This document shows positions 20,720-32,318 of a stretch of DNA of 64,000 nt, in pieces (the stretch's first letter is position 1; each line of letters begins with the position of its first letter). Under the pieces are notes generated by a model that was not told the origin of the DNA, searched no databases, and worked only from the letters and a program-made list of their open reading frames with translations. Made by a program: the position numbers and the translations under genes. This DNA comes from Corallochytrium limacisporum Hawaii. Taxonomy: Eukaryota > Protista > Pluriformea. Location of the stretch: positions 129,188 through 193,187 of the forward strand of contig PDIP01000064.1 in assembly GCA_002811645.1 (NCBI GenBank). Reading direction: 5' to 3'.

Positions 20720-22144
20720 ATGGCCCATAAAGTGGACACTAGGATGGTGCTACCTTGCTTTTCGGTGACTCCGCGGGAGACTTACATTGACGAAGACGTC
20801 GACATCACTGTACAAAACCTGACAGTGGGCAAGAAAGTTCTTTTGATCGCACGGATTAGCGGAAAGAGAAACGACAACTATGCTGGTTGCGGTGTCTTTA
20901 CTGTGCCGCTTGCAGGTGAGATCGGCACAGCATACGCGTCGTCGGAGCCTGACGTGAGCTTTGACAAGAATGCCTGTAGCCTCTACAAGAACACCGCGAC
21001 CTATAGTGGTGTCGAACCCATGGGCGTTTTCTGGAGCATGGAAGCAGATCGTGTCGGGAATCGCTACCACAAAGAAGATTGTGAGAATCCAGATGTCTAC
21101 AATCTTGAGGTCAGATACCTGGACCGCATTGACACTGTGGTTTGCAGCACAGCGGTGAAGCGTCACTATATCTCACCCGGTATCAAGAAGGAATTCGTGC
21201 GCACGTCCAATGGCCTACGTGGATCGATGTACATTCCCCCTGGTCCCGGTCCTTTCCCTGCACTCATCGATCTGAAGGGCTCCGTTGGTGGTTTGAATGA
21301 TCGGCAAGCTGCCATCATGTCCACCTTCGGTTTCATGGTGTTTCACCTTGCATTCTTCCGCTACGATGATCTTCCCGAAATCATGAACGACGTGAGCGTA
21401 GAGTACTTTGACAAGGCTGTACAGTGGATGTACAAGCATCCCATGACCTCGCCGAAGCAGTTTGGTGGCGGCATTGGCATTGTTGGCCTTTCCAGAGGTG
21501 CTAGCCACGCGCTGTGGATGGCGACCCGCAACCCAGACCTCGTGTCGACCGTTGTGCTCTTGAGTGGTTCCAACGTGAATGTCACGCCGCCAAGCTTGCT
21601 GAACGGAAAGCCCTTCCCTTGTGCAGAGTATGACTACACCAAAGCAGAGATGCGTGATGGCGACGTCATGATCTTCACACCTGCGTTAGCCGACTCTGTC
21701 TCGCCTAAGAATCCGGAATTTGAGAAGATTGCATTTCCGATTGAAAATTTAAAGGCTGCCGTCCTCCTGTGTGCCGCTGAAGACGATGAGTGCTGGGACA
21801 GTGCCAAGATGAATGATTATCTTGTCACCCGCGCCCGCCAGCACAACTACAAGTTCCCTCTGCGTTCCATTACCTACCCAGAAGCCGGCCACATCATCGA
21901 TATCCCGAACTACCCTGGACACGGGTGTACGAATAGCTACCATTCGGTCGCGAAGGCGATGATGGGCTTTGGCGGCACTGCCAAGGCAAATCAAGTCGCG
22001 GCTACCCATAGCTTCCAAACTTATATGCGCTGGGTCCAGGACCACATGCACTGGCACCGCGCACGTACGCCACTGACCCCCGCGAACGTGCAGAGTACCC
22101 ACAGGGGCAGCAGTGGGCAAGGCACAGGGCACTCGAGGCTGTGA
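20720..22144 (+). CDS. Type I acyl-CoA thioesterase (ACOT/BAAT family), peroxisomal
   Basis: YSGVEPMGVFWSM, PPGPGPFPALID, nucleophile motif GLSRG (Ser), EDDECWDS, YPEAGH; C-terminal SRL is a canonical PTS1. Confidence 0.93.
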   Translation: MAHKVDTRMVLPCFSVTPRETYIDEDVDITVQNLTVGKKVLLIARISGKRNDNYAGCGVFTVPLAGEIGTAYASSEPDVSFDKNACSLYKNTATYSGVEPMGVFWSMEADRVGNRYHKEDCENPDVYNLEVRYLDRIDTVVCSTAVKRHYISPGIKKEFVRTSNGLRGSMYIPPGPGPFPALIDLKGSVGGLNDRQAAIMSTFGFMVFHLAFFRYDDLPEIMNDVSVEYFDKAVQWMYKHPMTSPKQFGGGIGIVGLSRGASHALWMATRNPDLVSTVVLLSGSNVNVTPPSLLNGKPFPCAEYDYTKAEMRDGDVMIFTPALADSVSPKNPEFEKIAFPIENLKAAVLLCAAEDDECWDSAKMNDYLVTRARQHNYKFPLRSITYPEAGHIIDIPNYPGHGCTNSYHSVAKAMMGFGGTAKANQVAATHSFQTYMRWVQDHMHWHRARTPLTPANVQSTHRGSSGQGTGHSRL

Positions 22145-23039
22145 AGAAGCTGCTGACATGGTGTGTGGGCGTCAGACAAACATGGTCTTCTGTTCATCAC
22201 AACAATAGAGTACGTTGCCTAACAATGCATCATCTACGCTATTTGTATTCCACTCCGTGCGCCTTCTTCCGCTTGAAACAGTAGTTCATAATGAGCGACT
22301 GAATAGGACCCGCACGTAGGGGGAGGTTGCCCCCTCCAAGGGGCGGAGGGGGTTACATCTGGCGTCTCCGGGAAGGGGGGGGGCGGTACTGCTGGCGTCA
22401 CCTGGGGGAGAGCCAAAAATGTGTGCCCCCCTCGCCAGCGGTTTTCACCCGTAAAGAAAATCTTGCGATAGCAAGAGATAGAGAGTGGCACACAGCACCC
22501 GAAACGGTGAAAATCGAATGGTGTGAATACATTCAGTCCAGACGGTGGCTGGCAGCTGTGGGTATAGTGTTCCTTTGGAACACACCTTCCCCGCGATGAC
22601 GGGGATGTAGATGGACCATAGTCAGATGGGCCTTTGTGGTCCAGCAATGTCGCGTGTGGGTGGGCACAGATTGGTCTGCACGGATCCTTGTGCTGAAATC
22701 ACTACCTTTTCAGTCCGCTCTCGAGCCGGTAGAGGAATCAACGAGGAAATACGAGCGTAAAGGTTCGCAAGAAAAAGTACTGGGCGAAGTTTCATCCCCC
22801 ATTCCAGACCCTCATTCTGTCCATACAATTTCGTGCGTACACCGTGGAGTTTAATCCAACTCGCTGGAGTTCACTCCTAAAGAGATAGAACTTACTATGA
22901 ACCCCACATAAACCAAATTCCAACCCTTGTTCTTAGTTTCTCATGCCAGCAACTATCAGAAGTAGCATCAGGCACCGGGCCTACGCCGGACACAATCACA
23001 CAACAACGTCAACTTTGACGTTTGGCTTTGGAGATTTAC

Positions 23040-23167
23040 AATATTTTCTTCATCACCGTCCGGCGGTGTTGTCACCAAAGTCGTCTCCATTTCTACACTC
23101 AATATTTTATAGTCTTCATCATCGTTCGCGGGTACAGGTCACAGAAGTCGTCTCTTTCTCTACACTC
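23040..23167. repeat. Diverged tandem duplication (61-nt and 67-nt units)
   Basis: aatattttcttcatcaccgt...aagtcgtctccatttctacactc versus aatattttatagtcttcatcatcgt...aagtcgtctctttctctacactc. Confidence 0.8.
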
Positions 23168-25456
23168 AATAATTGCATCATATGCCAAGGGTACCAGGAT
23201 CTGTACTTGGGACCATAAAGGAGAAAGTATTCTCACCATCGGAGTTCGTCGCGTACGTGTGTCTTGCTGCCGCCCCTACTATACTCCGTTCTGGATAATA
23301 TGCCCATGACAGTGGAACGAAAGAGCAAATGGTTTATCTATGGCGCTTTGTTACATGCAATAGCGCGAACATGTGAATATAGATCTGCCTGGAATTCTGA
23401 GCACACAGATGCAGCAGCAGCGTACCTCGTACGCGTGCTGGCACAGAGGAGGTAATTGGTGCACTGGCACGGGAGAAAACTTGCGTGAACCGGGTGATCA
23501 TGCCTCTGACCGTTCTGATGGTTTTTTTTACGTCCCAGCGTTCTCCCAAAGTATGCGTGCGCCCAACAACAACCTTTCGTCCTTACCCGGTTGAGCCTGA
23601 CTCTGACTTTTTGCGGACTGGAGGACATATCCGTGTGTCCCGTGTGTTCATGAACGCGTTCAAGAGTGTCCTGGGAAATAAAATAGTCGGCTATTGGCTA
23701 TTGCCCGGCGGTCCCTTTCGAACGGCCGAGCACCGCGGATCTATACGCCAAGATACATTTTCTACGATCTGGTAGGTCATCAGCACCTACCAATCCCGTC
23801 GCCACCTGTTCCCCATTTGGAGTGCCATAGTGAAAGTATAACATTTGTCGCGGCGGGCAGAGGAAAAGGGCCCCGGAGGGAGTGTCCATGTCCCGTCGGT
23901 TGCTCAGCTATGAACTATTTTTTTCTTCATAGCCCCCATAGTGTGAGAGTCGCTGGGCCGAACCATCTTCGTTCAATATATTTTTTCCCCTAAGGCTTCG
24001 GAGTTCAAATTCCTTTTCCGAACCAGCCCAGTGTGGGGTGTTTTGGCCGCCTATGCCCCAGAGGCGGACCTTCTATTGTTTTATTCAGTAAGGACAGTTG
24101 TCCAAAGCAAAAAAAAAAAAGAAGAAAAAATGGGGCAAACGTAGTAAAAGGTATGATGAGGACATGGTCCAATGCCCTAAGGCTGTCACTCGCTAGTCAG
24201 TTCGGTTCGAACACCTGATGGTCATCGCTATGGTCTCCGTTTTTTTTTACCTACGTTGCTCTCTGACTTCGCTCCGCAACTGTGTAGAACATGTAAGGAA
24301 CTGTAGGGCGTTAGGGGACATTTTAATGTGAACGCACACCTCTTCTATTTTGTAAATTTCACCTGACATCGACCTCAAAACTCACGCTTACTCCGCCCAC
24401 TCCTCTCACACCACAATAGAGGAAAAAAAAGTTGGCGGGAGAGTCAGTCCAACAACGTGCCTACTGGTCATTCATTCAATATGAGAAGAGGTCAATTTTA
24501 TTTTCGGCTACCTCCCACCTAAACCATTATTGGTCTCGTCGGCACAATTTACATGGGGCGCCACTGTCGCTAGCATCCTCCATGTGCGGAAAGTGAATAA
24601 ACCGACCCCGCTTGCACCTATATGGAAAGTACGAGTGGGTGTCTCGCTATACTTTTTTTTAGATCGACAAATACGATATCGATGATTTAAAGACCCGGTG
24701 CATTACGATGATAACACCGACGGCGGCCCCGGGACTTGGGGTCCAAGACAGCGAGTGCCAAGGGGGAAGACGGGGAGATGGGGGGGGAGGTCCAGTGCCG
24801 TGCGTTGTGTGTCCGTGCGGTGGCGTTTTGGTTCGGAAAGCATGACGGAAAAACAAGATGACGGAAGGGCAAAAATGGACCAAATGCTGGGGGTTCCGGA
24901 CTACATAGTGAAAGCACCGAAGAATTGGGGAACCCGGACGGCGAGGGTAAACGGTGACAACGCTGTCCAAAAGGCCGAACGAGAAGGAGAGGGGACAGAA
25001 GGGGGGGGAAGGGGGGAGTGGGAATAGTCACGGTAACGAAGCAATGACGGGAAAAACTTGGTAGACGGGCATCGAACGGTACTGCTGTGTCCCGTTTGAA
25101 CATTTTTCAGAGATGGAAGGAAGGGGGGGTGAGGAGATGAAGAAGAAGAAGAATAAGTGAAATCGTCACTTTCTGGTCGCGTGTTCTCTGCCGGTCGGAC
25201 CATATGGTCACCCGCCCACCCCCTTTTCAATTCTGCCACCTACCGAAGGGACCAAGGTATACACTGAGAAGGAAAAAAAAAAGAATGACCCAATCTGGAG
25301 AGACCAACCCAACGTCGAAATGCTTCTCTTCACTATTCTCTCCCCGGGCGTTAGAGGGAAGGGGCAACTGGGGTGTAGGGAAGGAACCGAAGGAGAAAGG
25401 GGGGAGGAGAGAAGAGGAGGGCGGGGGGGAGCGGGCGACGAGTGCCAGTGTCCCGC

Positions 25457-25463
25457 TGTGTGT

Positions 25464-25518
<55 letters not shown>
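25457..25518. repeat. Compound microsatellite (TG)5(TC)26
   Basis: Read directly from the sequence. Confidence 0.97.
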
Positions 25519-25522
<4 letters not shown>

Positions 25523-26405
25523 GTTCTGCTCCTCCGTCATCTCGCAAACTTCCAATTTGAGACAGGTGGGACACAAATGAAGCACGCACCCCTTAAGTAT
25601 TTATCTTCCACATAAACACCCCCTCCCACCCCCCTCCTTGCCTTTTCTTTACCTCTCTAAATTGCGATGCCATGTGTACTGAACCCCCACCCCCTCCCTC
25701 CTCCCCTTTTTATCCAATCCCCCAATATTTTTTTGCTTAGATTGCAAGAATTATTTTGCGGAACGAAGAAAGAAATTGAAACTTAATTGATACTCAGAGG
25801 GGCACGCCTCTCCCGTACCTCTCCCCTTCCCTTTCTTGGACAGCCCGTCGTGCCCTCCCCTCCCCTCTGTCTGTCTTTCCTCAAGGCACACAATTCCCGA
25901 CCTTCCTCGCGTTCTGTCCAGTTCGGTACGTTCGTAATGAATGTATTGAAAATTCGATTGAGCACGGGAGGTATCGCGGATTCTCGGTCTTGAGGATCAG
26001 CGAAGAGGCCCCGTGTGTCCCGGAGGGAGGAATGAACGAACGCTTCCCTTGCGAACTCCGACCTTTCCCGATCAAACGATGCGAACGTGACAAAACTAGT
26101 CCAATTTAATTCATATATTTATTATCAGTATTTGTTTGTCGACATCGAAGACCAAGTGTCTATGGTACCCTGCCAACAGAGTGAGCCTGGGGCTCGATTT
26201 ACCATGTTTCATCCCTTGGTCATTGTCTCCGGCCGCTTGAACGGAATGGCTACAGGACGGACCTTGGGCAGATCTCCTGGTATGGCTTTTTGCTCCGTTC
26301 GAATGTGAATAAATGGAATTCTTTTGAAGATTTTCTTCAAAGAACCTTACTTGCCTTGCGTATGGGCCACTTGGCGGATGATGGGGGAGGGAAGGGCGTG
26401 AGGGG

Positions 26406-26730
26406 NNNNNNNNNNNNNNNNNNNNNNNNNNNNNNNNNNNNNNNNNNNNNNNNNNNNNNNNNNNNNNNNNNNNNNNNNNNNNNNNNNNNNNNNNNNNNNN
26501 NNNNNNNNNNNNNNNNNNNNNNNNNNNNNNNNNNNNNNNNNNNNNNNNNNNNNNNNNNNNNNNNNNNNNNNNNNNNNNNNNNNNNNNNNNNNNNNNNNNN
26601 NNNNNNNNNNNNNNNNNNNNNNNNNNNNNNNNNNNNNNNNNNNNNNNNNNNNNNNNNNNNNNNNNNNNNNNNNNNNNNNNNNNNNNNNNNNNNNNNNNNN
26701 NNNNNNNNNNNNNNNNNNNNNNNNNNNNNN
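26406..26730. other. Assembly gap
   Basis: Run of N flanked by G-rich sequence. Confidence 1.
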
Positions 26731-27222
26731 AGGAGGGGGGAAGGGCCCAGCACCGCCGGTTGGGCCCAGACGGTTTGGGGTATGCGTCTGGGATTTTGCC
26801 CATTTACTATGGACAGCTTTGCCGTTTAAATAATGGGAGTTCCTACCGGTCCAGGGGGGGGGGGGGCGCGGTTCGGTGAACAGTGGGAGAGATTGCCTGT
26901 GCCGAGGGCACAATTGAGACTCTGCTGGCCGGTACACTCGCGTTTGAAACGACTTCATGTTCTCTGCGTTTTGTGGTGACGGATGTAATCATATCTGGTG
27001 TTTCCAATATTTTGTTACTGCTCGTCTGGATGGGTTATGTCTGCGAGCAAAGGGACTCTCAGTGTTAAGTCACCATGGTCTTGGGCAAAGATTCAATCCA
27101 CAGGTTGGTACTTATTGCACATACACTTACCAAGGTATAAATACGAGCAAATAATCAGTATTCTTCGCCGGTCAGGACTCCATAGAGTAAACAGTGACCA
27201 ATAACAGACAATAATAATCAGT

Positions 27223-28653
27223 ATGAAGAACGCACTCAAACATCTCGCCTTCGGAGGCCTGGTTGTGGCTGCCGCTGCTAACACAGACCTCGACGGTAAG
27301 GAATTGACAGCTCCCATCAGGAATGCTGCGGGCCGCACCCCGGTTTATCAACCAGGAGAATTTCTGGTAAACTTCAAGAACCTGTCTGATGCTCTGGGCT
27401 CAGATGGCTTCATCATGCCGGATGTTGTAGCCGCAAAGATCGACGCTTTCCTGAGTGAGCATGACATCTCTTACAGCGACGTGAACCGGTTTTTGACTAT
27501 GGGAAGTATGCTGCTGAAGGGTATCAGTGAAGCAGACAAAGAGAAGATCGAGGGGCTTCTTGACAGTCTCGGCATTGAAATGGAACAGAACTTCTATCTG
27601 GATAATTGGCTGGCTCAGGACAGTAGTAGTACCACTAGTAGCACCGCTGCAACGCAGACCGACACCGGTGTTACCACGCGGGAGGTCTTCATTCAGGATC
27701 CGGCCCCTACCCACTGTGACCGTCATGACCAGACTACTGGTTACAACCAACAGTACGCATACACCAGCGCTGGAGAAAATGCGTTTGTCTACGTGATTGA
27801 CACGGGCATCAACTTTGATCAGGAAGAGTTCTCTGGTCGTCTTGAAGACGGAGTAACTACCGTTAGCGGCCTTACCAACACGGCTCCGACGGATTCCGAG
27901 GGGCACGGAACCCACGTTGCAGGTCTCGTCGGCTCTACCACCTACGGTATGGCTAAGAAAACGACCATCATTCCCGTCAAGGCCCTGGACAACAGCGGTG
28001 CCGGTGCCGTGTCAGACATTATTTCTGCTTTGAATTGGGTCATTTCGGACGTAAATAGTAAGGGTCGCCAAAACAAGTGTGTTATCAATATGTCCCTTGG
28101 TGGTAGCGCCTCCACTATTTTGGACAACAATGTCATCAACGCCATCAACAACGGCTGCGTCGTTGTGGTGGCTGCAGGAAACGATGCCCAAGATGCCTGC
28201 AATACCTCCCCGGCCAGGGTCGAGGCGGCGATCACCGTAGGAGCCGTTGATGACACCGACGTTCAAGCTTCCTTCTCTAACTTCGGTTCCTGCGTCGACA
28301 TTTGGGCCCAAGGTGTGCGAGTTACTTCTACATTTATCGGCTCCAGCACCGCCACCGGTGTACTGTCCGGTACCTCCATGGCTAGCCCCATTACTGCCGG
28401 TGTGGTTGCCACTCTAGTTTCAGATGAGGACCTGAGCCCGAGTGAAGTCAAGACCCGCATGATCGATGGTGCAAACAATGTGCTCACCCTCTTCCAGAGT
28501 AGCAGCCCTAACAGGATGATGTTTAGTCAGGTACTCTCAAGCGGCAACAATGCCGATCAAAACGGTGGCCCGGGCCCTAACAGTGCCGGCGCCGCTGGCG
28601 CATCATTCCTCTTCACTTTGGTGGCTTCTGCGGTTGCCATCCTGCTACTGTAA
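27223..28653 (+). CDS. Subtilisin-like serine protease (S8, proteinase K-like), secreted and probably GPI-anchored
   Basis: Signal peptide, I9-like propeptide, catalytic triad motifs VIDTG / HGTHVAG / SGTSMASP, AAGN; C-terminal small-residue site followed by the hydrophobic tail FLFTLVASAVAILLL. Confidence 0.95.
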   Translation: MKNALKHLAFGGLVVAAAANTDLDGKELTAPIRNAAGRTPVYQPGEFLVNFKNLSDALGSDGFIMPDVVAAKIDAFLSEHDISYSDVNRFLTMGSMLLKGISEADKEKIEGLLDSLGIEMEQNFYLDNWLAQDSSSTTSSTAATQTDTGVTTREVFIQDPAPTHCDRHDQTTGYNQQYAYTSAGENAFVYVIDTGINFDQEEFSGRLEDGVTTVSGLTNTAPTDSEGHGTHVAGLVGSTTYGMAKKTTIIPVKALDNSGAGAVSDIISALNWVISDVNSKGRQNKCVINMSLGGSASTILDNNVINAINNGCVVVVAAGNDAQDACNTSPARVEAAITVGAVDDTDVQASFSNFGSCVDIWAQGVRVTSTFIGSSTATGVLSGTSMASPITAGVVATLVSDEDLSPSEVKTRMIDGANNVLTLFQSSSPNRMMFSQVLSSGNNADQNGGPGPNSAGAAGASFLFTLVASAVAILLL

Positions 28654-28732
28654 AGAAAGGTAGTCCCTTGCCACTTAGTTTCTAGAGACTCCTCATTTCA
28701 TTTCCGCACATTTACCATAGTTCCATTCATGA

Positions 28733-28766
28733 CATACATATATATATATATACATATATACATATA
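28733..28766. repeat. Imperfect (TA)n microsatellite
   Basis: catacatatatatatatatacatatatacatata. Confidence 0.85.
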
Positions 28767-28954
28767 GAACCTTCCAAATCACTGTGTCAAAAGCTAACCA
28801 TACCACAGACCAGGATATCAACTCGCTTGCGGAAATTTGCGATAGTTGCGGAGAATGTATTGATAGTTCATGGGGGCCAAGTTGGGTAACTTGTGCCCTA
28901 ATTTGCTGTTTACTTCAGACACGCTTGCGGATGCAATGACTCATGTTCTCGTTA

Positions 28955-30934
28955 CTACTCAGACTGGCGCTTTGCTGTTCCAATTACGCAATTGTTGACC
29001 TTAGTTGCAAAGCGCAAGCTGCAGGTAGTCTCCTGGGCATTGCTCTCCACGGGGCTGACATTCACAAACATGAGAGTCTTTGAGTTACCACCCAGGCACG
29101 GCTGTAGGTAGTGGGTCAATTTGGATGACCGGAAAGGCACGTGCTTGTCTCCCTTGGACAAAGCAGTGATGACGATACCAAGCTGACTTAAGCTCTTATT
29201 GATACTCTGAGTCTCCTTCAAACGGTCTCCCTCGCTGCCGCTCTTACTCAGACGTTCAGAACCAGCAAGATCGACCAGGTTGAGGTAGGCCTTGCAGTTC
29301 TCTCCGGTGTGTTCATTCTTACCAGTAATGGTCAAACGGAACACACTGTGCGAGCGAGAAGAACGCTCGTTCATTTGAGTCTCACCCACGGCACGGTTCT
29401 TGGAAGCCAGCACCAACAGTTCCTGCAAAGCCTGTTCAGTCTCAACAGGCACATGGGTAAGATCTTCAACATAGGACTCGCCGGTGTCCTTGTTCATTCG
29501 GATCTCCAGCTTGCGATTCGCATTGGATTCGGAGGCGTTTCCGAGCAGATCGCGGACAGTCTCATTGTAAATTTCCACAAAGCTGGCGGACAGTCCGTAT
29601 TTCCAGCCCTTCTGCTGCAAAGTTGAAGCAGTCTCAAAAATCTGCTGGACACTCCTTGGGATGATACCCTGGTTCTCACTTTGATCACCCTCCATGGTAA
29701 AAGTCTTGCCGGATCCGGTCTGACCGTATGCGAATATGCATACATTGTATCCGTCCAGAGCACTCTGCACTAGCTGACTAACCTCAGCGAAGACATCCTC
29801 TTGAGTAGATGTTGGTCCAAAGACCCGATCGAAGGTGAAGTCGAGCTGGCGCGCCACGCTCTTTCCAGTCACATTGTGCTCTCGGGAAGCGTGGATGGAA
29901 ATTTCCCCGTTGTCTGTCTTATTGGGCATGCTAACGCACATCTCAGACTCCTGTTCTTTCTCCAGAATCGGACGGACTCGGCAGAACACGCGAATGTTTC
30001 CCTTAAGCTCCTGAATTGTGTTGTGGAGCGAGCGACGCAGGGCCTCATCGGCACGAATCTTATTCTCCTTTTCCTCCAGTTGCTTTTTCAGCTGAGCAAG
30101 TTCCTCTGAGAGCTGATTGTTTCGCTCTTCTGCAGCCTTCTTGTCACTGGATTCACCGTCCAACTGAGTCTTCACAGCAGTTAGCTGGGCCTCCCGGCTT
30201 ACCAGGGACGCGTTTAGGGTTGCCACAGAATCGTGCAGAGCCTTGCATTCTGTACGGCTACGTTGTAGCTTGTCCTCTGTGTCCTGTAGATCTCCGGTGA
30301 GGCGCTTCACCTTGCTTTCAAGCTCCTCAACCTTTTGGTCAAGCTCCTTCTGGGCCTTCTGTAAGGCTTCCACGTGCTCTTTGTCGGCGTCGGAGATCTT
30401 CGACTGCAGTTCAGCGATTTGTTTCTGGTACTCCTCTGATTTATTCTCCTTCTCCGCAACTTTCTCCTCCAACTGGGCCTTTAACTCCTGAAGCTCAGTG
30501 CAGCGCTGGTTGTTCTGAGTGATCTGTTCCGTTAGAGACTCTATCAGAGTTTGGGAGTCCCGCTGACTCTGACGGAGCTCAGTGGTCATGGATTCCATGT
30601 CTTCAAGACGCCCTTTGTAGTCCCACGCCTGACGCTTAGGTTTCTTGGCCACGGGAGCCTTGGTGGCAGTACTGTCCCCGGTATCTTTACGTTTCACACC
30701 AGTACTTGCCTTGCGAGTGGTGGCAGTGGATCCGACTGGGCGAGTCGCAGTGCGTGTGGTTGGCACCCGTGGCTTGGAAGCGGCGGCCGCTGGAGCAGAT
30801 GCGGTTGACACAGACTTCGCTTCAGCCCGCAACCGCTGTGTCTTGGTCATGGCAACATGGGGCACCTTGGTGGGCTGCTTCAACTTACTTCGGCTGTTCT
30901 CGACCGCCTTCAGAGGCGCGCGTGAGTCTGCCAT
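28955..30934 (-). CDS. KIFC1: Kinesin-14 (KIFC1/Ncd/Kar3-like), C-terminal motor
   Basis: Basic tail, KRQAWDYKGRL, coiled coil, neck ELKGNIRVFCRVRP, P-loop GQTGSGKT, SSRSH, DLAGSE. First ATG at 30934. Confidence 0.95.
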   Translation of the reverse strand: MADSRAPLKAVENSRSKLKQPTKVPHVAMTKTQRLRAEAKSVSTASAPAAAASKPRVPTTRTATRPVGSTATTRKASTGVKRKDTGDSTATKAPVAKKPKRQAWDYKGRLEDMESMTTELRQSQRDSQTLIESLTEQITQNNQRCTELQELKAQLEEKVAEKENKSEEYQKQIAELQSKISDADKEHVEALQKAQKELDQKVEELESKVKRLTGDLQDTEDKLQRSRTECKALHDSVATLNASLVSREAQLTAVKTQLDGESSDKKAAEERNNQLSEELAQLKKQLEEKENKIRADEALRRSLHNTIQELKGNIRVFCRVRPILEKEQESEMCVSMPNKTDNGEISIHASREHNVTGKSVARQLDFTFDRVFGPTSTQEDVFAEVSQLVQSALDGYNVCIFAYGQTGSGKTFTMEGDQSENQGIIPRSVQQIFETASTLQQKGWKYGLSASFVEIYNETVRDLLGNASESNANRKLEIRMNKDTGESYVEDLTHVPVETEQALQELLVLASKNRAVGETQMNERSSRSHSVFRLTITGKNEHTGENCKAYLNLVDLAGSERLSKSGSEGDRLKETQSINKSLSQLGIVITALSKGDKHVPFRSSKLTHYLQPCLGGNSKTLMFVNVSPVESNAQETTCSLRFATKVNNCVIGTAKRQSE

Positions 30935-31400
30935 CTTTCGTAATCCGTTCTGTTTCAGTCTCAATTGATGATCCGGATGGGAATACTGCCTCCATTCACT
31001 AGACCACTTTACCTAACCTCTGAATTACTCTAAATAGGTGGTCCTTGTGATGGTCACAATCGTATTCTTTAGAGCACAAGGAATGTTGAAACGCCTGCGG
31101 GTCTCCCCCCACTGCGTTCGGTCGGTCGCTGTTGGGTGCAAATCATTACCGCCGCCTCGCCGACTTCTTCCCTTCACTACCGGAAAAGACTGACGTTTAT
31201 TTGCGCGCTAAGACCTCCTCCCCAAGGTGTCACTTGCGGCACTTTGAGACCGCACGAACGGGTTGGGTTCTCTCGAGCCCGGGGTTACTACACTCGTCCG
31301 TGCCCTGTTTTCCAGAGTAGGGCCGGCCGCACGGCAGTCAAAACTTCCTCTAGTGCAGCCCATCTCCTTGCCCGGGTTTTGTGAGACCCACTAAACTTTC

Positions 31401-31430
31401 TTCAAAGAATTTCGAAGAGTGCGCGCCAAA
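31401..31430 (-). promoter_or_regulatory. E2F site (TTTGGCGCGC) followed 14 nt later by a CHR-like TTTGAA, upstream of kinesin-14
   Basis: The plus strand reads ttcaaa at 31401-31406 and gcgcgccaaa at 31421-31430. Confidence 0.5.
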
Positions 31431-32318
31431 GTTTCGTCTGCAGTGATGGGGTCGCCTTGGCCCCTCCCCCTTTTTACCCCCTTCTAGTTTCAAAGTTCCG
31501 GCGCTCCAAAATACGCCCTGGTAGTATTCCGATAGTGAGCAGCCCGAGGTGGCGGCGACCCGAGGAGGCCCTCTTCATGGTTGTGGGTAAACCGCCCTGA
31601 GGGGCTCTTGCAATATTATAATATACTTCATTACAGATCCATGAAAATTGGGGACAAGGGGTACCCCCCCCCCGGGGGTTGTCGTCGGGAAAAAAACACA
31701 CACAATTGCTACACACATGGGGACATGTTTTTCCCAAAAAAAATTGGAGTTTTGGATCGAAAACGAGGCAACATAAGTATTCCTGTGATTAAACCCTGGC
31801 TCGCTGTTCAACACTACCAAGTACATTATGTACTGAAAACTCGTGTTGTGTCCTGGTGGACCTCTTCAGTGTTTAAGGGTCTGAAGCTAGTCGTCCCAGT
31901 ACATTTACTATGTAGCGATCAGCGGATGGTCTCAAAAGAACTGGACCGATCTCACTCGCGGAGAGGCTCACCTGGCCGGAGACTCATTTCACAAGGGGCG
32001 CATACACTTCCCAGATCAAGGCCTTCGTGGCCGCCATAACAAAGCAATGCAAAGAGTCCTCACGTCGAACGAGTCACCTCTGGGCCAGTCTTTCGCTATC
32101 CAATGCTCTCACTTCACTATAGGCTCAGTACCTTTCAATACAAACCCCTAGATTACGACAACCATGAACCTTATACAGACTTGCTCCGGCAATATTATAT
32201 ATTTCCGAGGGGTATGTAAAGCATTCTACTAGTAAATCATCGCCAAAGTAAACAGAAAAAAAATATTGCATATAAACGGGAGACCGGGATTGTGTATAAT
32301 TTCATCTAAATTTTCAAA

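Noticed and set aside
26111-26958. ORFs spanning N runs (also near 43 kb and 45.5 kb)
   Set aside because: Artefacts of assembly gaps.
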